DNA of 64,000 nt from assembly GCA_035528905.1 (NCBI GenBank), contig DATKXU010000037.1, forward strand, positions 7,860 to 71,859, in the 5' to 3' direction. Numbering within the stretch: the stretch's first letter is position 1; every line of letters starts with the position of its first letter. The DNA comes from Armatimonadota bacterium. Its GTDB lineage: Bacteria > Armatimonadota > UBA5829 > DTJY01. Both the position numbers and the translations under genes were made by a program. Shown here piece by piece: positions 25,539 through 33,652 of this stretch. Under the pieces are notes generated by a model. That model worked only from the letters and a program-made list of their open reading frames with translations. It did not search any database and was not told where the DNA came from.

Positions 25539-27416
25539 TCAATCTCTGCTCTTTGAAGGCTGCCCTTTCCGAGCCTGTCCAACCTGCTGGTGCTCGATCG
25601 TTACGCTTGCCAGCGACTTCGGCTCCAGTTGGACGAGTTTGCCCGCGAATCCCTTTGCTGCGGGCTGATCATTGAAATTATGCACGATTACCTCGCCCGA
25701 CGGAAGCAGAGTGCAGTACACGCCGTCCCACTCCGCATCTACCTCAACGGCGTTCTTCATCTTCGGCTCGAAGTCGGAGAGGCTGTGGACAACGTCGCAC
25801 AGCAGCTCGTAGTAGGTCCTTCGGCAGTCCCATGATCCCGCGAAGTAAAAGGCGTATCCCCTGCCAAGGCGGTTGTCCCAGATCACCGGCCTTCCCTCTG
25901 TGCGCACCATCACCTTCACACCGGGCAGCAAGCCGACTATGGATTTGTCAGAAGCAGCGTCCGGCAAGCTGCGAACACGACGCGGGAAATCCTCATTGCC
26001 ATCTTCGAGTACGCCGCCAGGCGCTTCGGCGGCCGAATCGGGGATGCCGAAGAGCCGCCGCCACACCGACGCGTCTCCCTCAACAGACGCGATGGGACCA
26101 AAGTTGTACGAGACTATGACCCCACCGGATTTCACCCAGGTCTCGATCTTCCTCAGCGCTCCGCTCTCGACAAAGTTCCCCTCGAACAGCACCAGCACCC
26201 TATACTCTCCCAATGCACCGTCCTCGACCATCCGCTCGTCCAGGATGTCGAAGTCCATCACGTCGCGAATTGCCGATGCTCCCTCGCGGAACCTCGGTGG
26301 ATAGGTGAACTCGGGATGCAGCCGCCTGTCCGTGGTTGGATAGAAGAGGGCAACGTCCACCACTGGCTGCTCAGTCGTGAGAAACGTCCCGTATTTCTCG
26401 AAGACATGCTGGGCATTAGTCGGATTCATCCCCCAGTCCCAATACCCGAAGCTTCCGCACGAGATAGATTCGAAGAATCGGCTGACCTCGCCTTCGACGC
26501 TGATCCCACCTGGCGGCTCGGTCCGCAAAGGCGCTTTGTAGAACTTGCACGCGCTCGCAATCCTCCTCAACATGCTGGCATAGTTCTGGGGCATCGGCAG
26601 GTAGCCGCCGTGGGTGGAGCGGATGTGGACCCCGTACTTCCGCACGATTCTTGGCAGCGCCGAGTTATCCTGGCCATGAGTAAGAGCTTCGTCGCCGCAT
26701 CCCAGCGGAATCATGAGCATCGCGTCCGGGAAATGCTTCCTCGCAATTCGGCAGACGCTGGCGCAATATCGCGTCATCGAGTCATAATACCATCCCACGA
26801 AATCGAGCCACTGCCTTCTCTGCCCGGGTGTCTCGCGCTTAGCGTCCAATGGCGGATATCCAACTTTGTCGAACCCAGAGACCTTCGCGTCCCATGCCTC
26901 GTTCAAAGCAGCAATCGTCTTGTACTTCCGCTGCACGCTGCTGCGGAAGTGCTGACGGGCGTACTCGTCAGCGCACCACCAATCGTGATGACCCGCGCCT
27001 TCTTTGCCGAAACGCCTGATCTCATCAGCGTGATAACCCGCCGGATAGTGGACCTCGCCGAAATCGCCGTAAATCCCAAGATAAATGGCGCTGATATTCC
27101 CGCCGTCCAGCTTCCACCAGAAGTTGGACGGCGACGGCGGAACAGATGCGGCAACCCAAACATGGAACATGCCGGGCGATGAAACTGCGAACTCATACGA
27201 CGCTGTGTAGCCGTCCGCTCCCGGCTCCCGCTCTTCCCAGAGCCTGAGAATCTTGTCGCCGCTGACTATCCCTGGGAAATCGAAGACACCACTGAAGTTC
27301 TGAGCGTTCGCATTCTCTGCCTCGATCCATATGCGGTCCGCAGAAACCGGCACTATCAGAGGCAGCAGGATCGCAACCATAAGAAGTAGTATTCGCGCTG
27401 ATCCTCTCCGCATCAT
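25539..27416 (-). CDS. Secreted hypothetical protein, possible glycoside hydrolase (TIM-barrel plus beta-galactosidase-trimerisation-like domain)
   Basis: A signal peptide is present (MMRRGSARILLLMVAILLPLIVPVSA). The family assignment is weak. Confidence 0.45.
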   Translation of the reverse strand: MMRRGSARILLLMVAILLPLIVPVSADRIWIEAENANAQNFSGVFDFPGIVSGDKILRLWEEREPGADGYTASYEFAVSSPGMFHVWVAASVPPSPSNFWWKLDGGNISAIYLGIYGDFGEVHYPAGYHADEIRRFGKEGAGHHDWWCADEYARQHFRSSVQRKYKTIAALNEAWDAKVSGFDKVGYPPLDAKRETPGQRRQWLDFVGWYYDSMTRYCASVCRIARKHFPDAMLMIPLGCGDEALTHGQDNSALPRIVRKYGVHIRSTHGGYLPMPQNYASMLRRIASACKFYKAPLRTEPPGGISVEGEVSRFFESISCGSFGYWDWGMNPTNAQHVFEKYGTFLTTEQPVVDVALFYPTTDRRLHPEFTYPPRFREGASAIRDVMDFDILDERMVEDGALGEYRVLVLFEGNFVESGALRKIETWVKSGGVIVSYNFGPIASVEGDASVWRRLFGIPDSAAEAPGGVLEDGNEDFPRRVRSLPDAASDKSIVGLLPGVKVMVRTEGRPVIWDNRLGRGYAFYFAGSWDCRRTYYELLCDVVHSLSDFEPKMKNAVEVDAEWDGVYCTLLPSGEVIVHNFNDQPAAKGFAGKLVQLEPKSLASVTIEHQQVGQARKGQPSKSRD

Positions 27417-27757
27417 CCGTACCTACCATGAAGCTCTATGTAGGACACCAGAAGCGGCCGCGCTGCACCAACCTGGAACCTGAAACTTGGAACCTGGAAC
27501 CCGTTTTCTCTGCCCTGCGTTAGTTTCCGACAATCGCCGCTCCTTGTCAAGGAGCGAGATGCATTGCACACAAGCTGAAGCAGCAGGAGGGCGTGGCAAT
27601 ATGAGATTGAAAGCGGTCAAGCAGGAGGAGTGTCGTTTGCCCCGCAAGAATAATACAGCAGCACGCGAATAGAGTCGCCGAGGTAAGCCGAAGCGTGTCG
27701 GCTGGGAACTAACAATCCGGGATAGCTGCCACCGATGGCAGGAGTGATCTACTCACC

Positions 27758-30700
27758 ATGTCCGATAGAGAGCTGAGACTAGGCATTGATGTAGGATCGG
27801 TAAGTGTGAACGTGGCGGTTCTGGGCCGGGCGGCAGAAGTCCTGGAAACGCAGTACATCCGGCACAAGGGCCGGCCCATGCAAGTCGCCGCGGATGCAAT
27901 CGAGGAGATCGCGGCCAAGTATGCCGGGCGAATCAGGGGCTGTGCCGCAACCGGGATGGCCGGCAGGCTCGTTGCTGATGCGCTCGATGGCGTGTTCGTG
28001 AACGAGGTCATCGCACAGGCCGCCGCTGCCGCTTATCTTCACCCGGAGGCCCGGACGGTCATCGAGATCGGCGGCGAGGACTCCAAACTGATCTTCCTGA
28101 AGCCCGCGGAGGGCGGCGGCGCCGCCAGCATTGCCGATTTCCAGATGAATACCGTCTGCGCCGCCGGCACGGGCTCGTTCCTCGACCAGCAGGCCAGCAG
28201 GATGGGCTTGACGATAGAGGAGTTCGGGCAGCTCGCGCTCAAGTCGAAGAACCCGCCGCGGGTAGCCGGTAGATGCAGCGTCTTCGCCAAGAGCGATATG
28301 ATCCACCTCCAGCAGAAGGCCACTCCGGTCCACGACATCGTTGCCGGCCTATGCTTCGCACTGGCGCGCAATTTCAAGAGCACGGTCGGCGCTGCCCGCA
28401 AGTTCGAGAAGCCCATCGCCTTCCAGGGAGGCGTAGCGGCGAATCCGGGCATCGTGAAGGCGATGGAAGGCGTGCTCGGACTGTCCGAGGGCGAGCTCAT
28501 CATACCCAAGGAGTTCGGCTGTACAGGGGCCATCGGTGCTGTGCTGGTTGCGATGCGCACGGACGCAGCCCGCGAGTGCGAGCTCAGCGCGCTTGGCCGC
28601 CTGCGCGACGCCGGATTGGCCACACAGGAGAAACCAGCGGCGGAGAAGCCTCTGAAGATCGAGAAATCCGCGCTTCCGAAGGACCAGCCGTGCGCGCCGC
28701 CTCCTCATGAGCGCGTCCCCGCCTATCTCGGCGTGGATGTAGGTTCGATAAGCACGAATGTCGTAGTCCTCGACGCGAACAAGCAAGTTCTAGCAAAGCG
28801 CTATCTGATGACCGCGGGGCGCCCCATCGAGGCAGTGCGCCAGGGTCTGACAGAGGTCGGGGACGAGATCGGCCATCTGGTGGATATCCGCGGCGCATGC
28901 ACGACGGGCTCGGGCCGCTACCTCATCGCCGACTTTATAGGCGCAGACGTTGTCCGAAACGAGATCACCGCGCAGGCCAGAGCCGCTGGGGAGATTGACT
29001 CTGACGTTGACACCATCTTTGAGATCGGCGGCCAGGATTCGAAGTTCATCAGCCTGCATCAAGGGGCCATCGTGGACTTCGAGATGAACAAGGTCTGCGC
29101 CGCGGGCACAGGATCCTTCCTTGAAGAGCAGGCCGAGAAGCTCGCGATCAACATTAAGGAAGAATTCGGCAGGCTCGCGCTCTCTTCCGACTCGCCCCTC
29201 AACCTGGGGGAGCGGTGCACAGTGTTCATGGAGACAGAGCTGGTCCGCCATCAGCAAATCGGCGCGCCTACCGAGGACCTGGTCGCCGGGCTGAGCTATT
29301 CGATAGTCAGAAACTATCTGAATCGGGTCGTCGGCACGAAGCGTGTTGGCGACAGAATATTCTTCCAGGGTGGAGTTGCGTCGAACAAGGGCGTCGTGGC
29401 GGCATTCGAATCCGTCACCGGCAAACCAATCATCGTTCCGCAGCATCACGAGGTCACAGGCGCCATTGGGTGCGCCTGCATCGCAATGGACGAGGACAAA
29501 GGCGAGGGAAGCAGCTTCAAGGGGTTCGACCTGAGCCAGAAGCATTACGAAATCTCCTCGTTCGAGTGCAAGGAGTGCGCCAACCACTGTGAGATCAACC
29601 GTGTCGTCGTCGAGGGTGAAAAGCCGCTCTTCTACGGCAGCCGGTGCGAAAAGTACGACGTTGACCGTCGAGCGGCGGAGAAGGCCCAATTCCCCGATTA
29701 CTTTGCCGAGCGGGACGAGATGCTCCTGGAGCCATATACAGCCTCAGAGGCTACCAGCCCCGGCGCGATTCGCGTGGGCATTCCGCGCGCTCTGCTGTTC
29801 TACGAGCTTTATCCATTCTGGCAGGCGTTCTTGAAGGAGTTGGGCTGCGAGGTCGTCGTATCCGACGCAACGACCAAACGCATCATTCACGACGGCGCAG
29901 AGCGATCGGTAGCAGAGACCTGCTTCCCGATGAAAGTCGCGCTCGGCCATGTGCTGAACCTCCTGGACAAGGAGATTGACTGCATTTTCCTGCCGAGCGT
30001 CATCAATCTGCCGCTGCCGGACAAACGCATGACCGACAGCTTCGTCTGCCCATACGTGCAGAGCTTAGCCTACACGATCAAATCGGCGGTGGATTTCACG
30101 GCGGCGGGCATCAAGGTTCTGGAGCCGGTGGTCTATCTGCAGCTTGGCATGAAACACAAGATCAAGGCGCTCCAGCGGATCGGGCGTGATCTGGGGCGCT
30201 CGAAGGCTGAGGTAGCGCGCGCCGTCGCCGCGGCCGGGGAGAATCTCGCTAAGTTCCAGGCGAAACTGGCCGCACGAGGCAAGGAAGTCCTCGCCGAAAT
30301 CCCCCGGGGCGAAAAGGCGGTAGTAGTCATCGGCCGGTCATACAACACCTGCGATTCCGGCGCGAACCTGGAGATCCCGAAGAAGCTGAACAAGATGGGC
30401 GTGCGCTGCGTCCCAATAGACTTCCTGCCGCTCGATTCGGTTCACCTCCCTGATGAGTGGAAGAACATGTACTGGCGCTACGGGCAGAAGATTCTCTCGG
30501 CGGGCGAAATCGTGGCGGATGACAACAGGCTTTACCCGCTCTATCTGACGAACTTCGGCTGCGGGCCGGATTCGTTCGTGCACAAGTTCTTCCGCGAGCG
30601 CCTGGGCAGCAAGCCCTGCCTGGTCATCGAGGTTGACGAGCACAGCGCGGATGCCGGCATGATAACCCGCTGCGAGGCGTTCATGGACAGCATCGCCAAT

Positions 30701-31972
30701 ACGGACGGCTCCGCGGCCGGCGGACGATTCTTCCGCCCTGTCAACATCGAGAAAGGGACTCACCGGACTGTGCTCATTCCAAATATGAGCGCTCACGCTT
30801 ACGCACTGGCCGCAGCGTTCGAGGCGTGTGGCATGCGCGCAGAGGTACTTCCCCTGCCCGACGAAGAAACCCTCGAATGGGGCCGGCAATTCACGACCGG
30901 CAAGGAATGCTTCCCGTGCATAGTGACCACCGGCGACATGGTGAAGTTTGCGAAGCGGCCGGACTTCGACGGGAACAAATATGCGTTCTTCATGGGTGGA
31001 TCGGGCGGGCCGTGCAGATTCGGCCAGTACAACGCCCTCCAACGCATGGTGCTCGACCAGATCGGTTATCCGGATGTCCCAATCTACGCGCCGAACCAGG
31101 CATCCAGCTTCTACAACGACATAGGCATTGTCGGCCGAAAGCTCCTGGTGCAGGGCTGGAAGGGCATCATCGCCATGGACTTGCTTGAGAAGTGCGTGCG
31201 CGAGACGAGGCCGTATGAGGTAGCCAAGGGATCGGCAAATGAGGCATTCGAGCGATCCGTAATGCTGGTCTACGAAGCCATTAAGAACCAGACAGACCTT
31301 GTACACGCGCTTCGGGAGTGCCGGAAGCTCTTCGAGGCCGTTCAGGTGGATCGCAGCGTGCAGAAGCCGATCATCGGCTACATCGGCGAGTTCTACGTTC
31401 GCGCCAACGCCTTCAGCAACCAGGACCTCATCAGCAAGATCGAAGAGCTGGGCGGAGAGGTCTGGGCCGCGCCGATTCTGGAATGGTTCCTCTACCGCAA
31501 CGTCCGCCGGAGCATGCGCGCCCGGCTCGCAGGCGACTTCAAGTTGTGGATCAAGAACCATTTGCAGGACTACATCATGAGGCGCCAGGAGCACGAACTC
31601 GCGCATGTATTCCACGGCTTCCTGCGGAATCTGGACGAGCCTTCAAGCGACGAGGTTCTCGATATGGCCGGGCCTTACGTCCACAGGAGCTTCGAGGGCG
31701 AGGCGATCATGACGGTCGGCAAGGCGGTGGACTTCATCAAGAAGGGCCTGTCCGGCGTCGTGGCCGTGATGCCGTTCACGTGCATGCCGGGGACGATTGC
31801 GAACGCGCTCTTGAAGCGGGTGCGCGAGGAGCTGGGCGAGTTCCCGTTCCTGAACATGGTCTACGACGGCGTCGAGCAGGGCACGGACGCGACGCGCCTG
31901 GAAGCGTTCACGCACCAGGCCCGCGAGTACATGAAGCGCCAGGCCGGGGATATGGCGCCTGTTGGAAAATGA
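27758..31972 (+). CDS. Fused acyl-CoA dehydratase activase-like protein: two BadF/BadG/BcrA/BcrD-type ATPase domains followed by two 2-hydroxyglutaryl-CoA dehydratase D-component (HgdB)-like domains
   Basis: The ATPase motifs LGIDVGSVSVNVAVL and LGVDVGSISTNVVVLD start two repeated domains, each containing CAAGTGSFL. The C-terminal ~750 aa is DUF2229/HgdB-like. Total length is 1404 aa. Confidence 0.75.
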   Translation: MSDRELRLGIDVGSVSVNVAVLGRAAEVLETQYIRHKGRPMQVAADAIEEIAAKYAGRIRGCAATGMAGRLVADALDGVFVNEVIAQAAAAAYLHPEARTVIEIGGEDSKLIFLKPAEGGGAASIADFQMNTVCAAGTGSFLDQQASRMGLTIEEFGQLALKSKNPPRVAGRCSVFAKSDMIHLQQKATPVHDIVAGLCFALARNFKSTVGAARKFEKPIAFQGGVAANPGIVKAMEGVLGLSEGELIIPKEFGCTGAIGAVLVAMRTDAARECELSALGRLRDAGLATQEKPAAEKPLKIEKSALPKDQPCAPPPHERVPAYLGVDVGSISTNVVVLDANKQVLAKRYLMTAGRPIEAVRQGLTEVGDEIGHLVDIRGACTTGSGRYLIADFIGADVVRNEITAQARAAGEIDSDVDTIFEIGGQDSKFISLHQGAIVDFEMNKVCAAGTGSFLEEQAEKLAINIKEEFGRLALSSDSPLNLGERCTVFMETELVRHQQIGAPTEDLVAGLSYSIVRNYLNRVVGTKRVGDRIFFQGGVASNKGVVAAFESVTGKPIIVPQHHEVTGAIGCACIAMDEDKGEGSSFKGFDLSQKHYEISSFECKECANHCEINRVVVEGEKPLFYGSRCEKYDVDRRAAEKAQFPDYFAERDEMLLEPYTASEATSPGAIRVGIPRALLFYELYPFWQAFLKELGCEVVVSDATTKRIIHDGAERSVAETCFPMKVALGHVLNLLDKEIDCIFLPSVINLPLPDKRMTDSFVCPYVQSLAYTIKSAVDFTAAGIKVLEPVVYLQLGMKHKIKALQRIGRDLGRSKAEVARAVAAAGENLAKFQAKLAARGKEVLAEIPRGEKAVVVIGRSYNTCDSGANLEIPKKLNKMGVRCVPIDFLPLDSVHLPDEWKNMYWRYGQKILSAGEIVADDNRLYPLYLTNFGCGPDSFVHKFFRERLGSKPCLVIEVDEHSADAGMITRCEAFMDSIANTDGSAAGGRFFRPVNIEKGTHRTVLIPNMSAHAYALAAAFEACGMRAEVLPLPDEETLEWGRQFTTGKECFPCIVTTGDMVKFAKRPDFDGNKYAFFMGGSGGPCRFGQYNALQRMVLDQIGYPDVPIYAPNQASSFYNDIGIVGRKLLVQGWKGIIAMDLLEKCVRETRPYEVAKGSANEAFERSVMLVYEAIKNQTDLVHALRECRKLFEAVQVDRSVQKPIIGYIGEFYVRANAFSNQDLISKIEELGGEVWAAPILEWFLYRNVRRSMRARLAGDFKLWIKNHLQDYIMRRQEHELAHVFHGFLRNLDEPSSDEVLDMAGPYVHRSFEGEAIMTVGKAVDFIKKGLSGVVAVMPFTCMPGTIANALLKRVREELGEFPFLNMVYDGVEQGTDATRLEAFTHQAREYMKRQAGDMAPVGK

Positions 31973-32072
31973 TCTGCGCATATCAGTCCCCGGTCTCGGT
32001 CATCCACTATCAAACATCCAGTATGGGATTGTTCAAAAACGCTGGTTTCGCTTTGGATCCCGTAGGTTGTAT

Positions 32073-32148
32073 GGGAGGGCGAAGCTCCTGCTGAGCCGTG
32101 TGGATGCGGACTCGGGAGGACCCTCGCCCTCCCGGATGCCCTTTTTAA
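32073..32148 (+). terminator. Structured region with alternative pairings and a T-tract downstream of the activase gene (terminator/attenuator-like)
   Basis: GGGAGGGCGAG at 32073-32083 and CGGGAGG at 32113-32119 can each pair with CCTCGCCCTCCCG at 32122-32134. TTTTT at 32142-32146 follows the second hairpin. Confidence 0.35.
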
Positions 32149-32266
32149 ACAATCCCGTATCCAATATCCAACCCACCCCTTGAACTCCCTGCGCCGTCCG
32201 TGTTAGCATATGGGCGGAACGGCCCTTCAGAAGCCGGGCCGTACCACATTAGCTATGGAGGGACCA

Positions 32267-33556
32267 ATGAACAACATTCGAGCACTGCTGTGGATACTGC
32301 TGGTGTGCGCCATACTGTGCGTGAGTCTCAATGCTTCGGGGGCGCAGACCGCCGTGCCCACGTCCCGCTTCAATGTGCGGGAGTACGGCGCAGTAGGCGA
32401 CGGGAAGGCGGACGACACCGCCGCATTTCAGAAGGCGCTGGACGCTGCCGCCGCCGAAGGTGGGGGAACCGCCTTCGTCCCAACGGGCAACTACCTGATA
32501 AAGACGCACCTATCCATCCCCGGCCACGTGACTCTGGAGGGCATCTGGACGATGCCGCCTGCCTGGGCCAAGGGGAGTTGTTTGCTTGCTGTAGAAGGAA
32601 AAGGGAAAGCGGACGGCCCGCCCTTCATATCGCTCATGGGACAGAATGCCACGTTGAAGGGCTTGGTCATCAATTACCCGGAGCAACCTAGGGAAGGCAC
32701 CGCTCCCATCCCTTACCCCTGGACGGTTAAGCACATCGCCGGCGATAACTGCTCCATCATAGACGTGCTGATCGCGAACCCGTATCAGGCCGTGGACTTC
32801 ACCGGCGCGGCGCGGCATTATATCCGCAACCTGTACGGCCAGCCGCTCTTCAAGGGCATCTACGTTGACCAGTGCTACGACGTTGGAAGGATCGAGAACG
32901 TTCACTTCTGGCCGTTTGGAGTGACCTGGAAGGCGGGAGAGGGTCTGAGCAAGTGGATGAGCGAGAATGCCACCGCATTCATCTTCGGCCGCACCGACTG
33001 GCAGTATGTGACCAACACATTCTGCTTCGGCTACAAGATCGGATATCATTGGATCAGAACGCAGTCAGGTAGGAGTAACGGCAATTACCTCGGCATCGGG
33101 GCGGACTGGTGCATAAATCCGGTAGTAGTGGACGACGTCGAGCTGTTCGGAACGCTGATCACGAACGGCGAATTCGTCGCCATGACTACCCCGAAGGCCA
33201 CGAGCGTCCTGGTGAACGATTCCAACAAGGGCGTCGTGAACTTCCAGAACTGCTCTTTCTGGGGAGCGTCGGATCGGATTGCCAGCATCGGCGGGCGCGG
33301 CGCGGTCACGTTCACCGGCTGCAATTTCATGCAGTGGGACAAGAACAGGACGGGCCGGTACGCAATCAGCGTCCGCGGCGGGCGGCTGACCGTGTCCGGG
33401 TGCTACTTCCAGGACTTCGAGGGCAACAAGAAGGACGTGGAGATTCTCGCCGGCACGAAGTCCGCCGTCATAATGGGCAACCAGTCGGTCGGCAAGTTCG
33501 AGGTCAAGAACGAGATCGGCGAGAAAGCCCAGATCGGCCTGAACGTGGGGGAATAG
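32267..33556 (+). CDS. Right-handed beta-helix glycoside hydrolase (pectate-lyase superfamily, GH28/GH55-like), secreted
   Basis: NVREYGAVGDGKADDTAAFQKAL is the pectate_lyase_3 / GH28-type N-terminal motif. A signal peptide is present (MNNIRALLWILLVCAILCVSLNASGAQ). Start is the ATG at 32267, preceded by GGAGG. Confidence 0.6.
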   Translation: MNNIRALLWILLVCAILCVSLNASGAQTAVPTSRFNVREYGAVGDGKADDTAAFQKALDAAAAEGGGTAFVPTGNYLIKTHLSIPGHVTLEGIWTMPPAWAKGSCLLAVEGKGKADGPPFISLMGQNATLKGLVINYPEQPREGTAPIPYPWTVKHIAGDNCSIIDVLIANPYQAVDFTGAARHYIRNLYGQPLFKGIYVDQCYDVGRIENVHFWPFGVTWKAGEGLSKWMSENATAFIFGRTDWQYVTNTFCFGYKIGYHWIRTQSGRSNGNYLGIGADWCINPVVVDDVELFGTLITNGEFVAMTTPKATSVLVNDSNKGVVNFQNCSFWGASDRIASIGGRGAVTFTGCNFMQWDKNRTGRYAISVRGGRLTVSGCYFQDFEGNKKDVEILAGTKSAVIMGNQSVGKFEVKNEIGEKAQIGLNVGE

Positions 33557-33585
33557 ACGGTCGGGTTGACCCAACCCCCCGGTAG

Positions 33586-33614
33586 TTGAACCCCAAAGCA
33601 ATCAGGCGTATAAT
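33586..33614 (+). promoter_or_regulatory. Near-consensus sigma70 promoter TTGAAC-17 nt-TATAAT driving the KAP NTPase gene
   Basis: TTGAAC is at 33586-33591 and TATAAT at 33609-33614, with an exact 17-nt spacer. A GGGGTG ribosome-binding site lies 6 nt before the ATG at 33653. Confidence 0.5.
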
Positions 33615-33652
33615 TAGAGAAATCTAGCAGATTCGCCCATGGGGTGACTGGT

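Noticed and set aside
28039-31615. Minus-strand ORFs (194, 299 and 425 aa) inside the activase-fusion gene
   Set aside because: They are antisense shadow ORFs of a conserved 1404-aa plus-strand gene.
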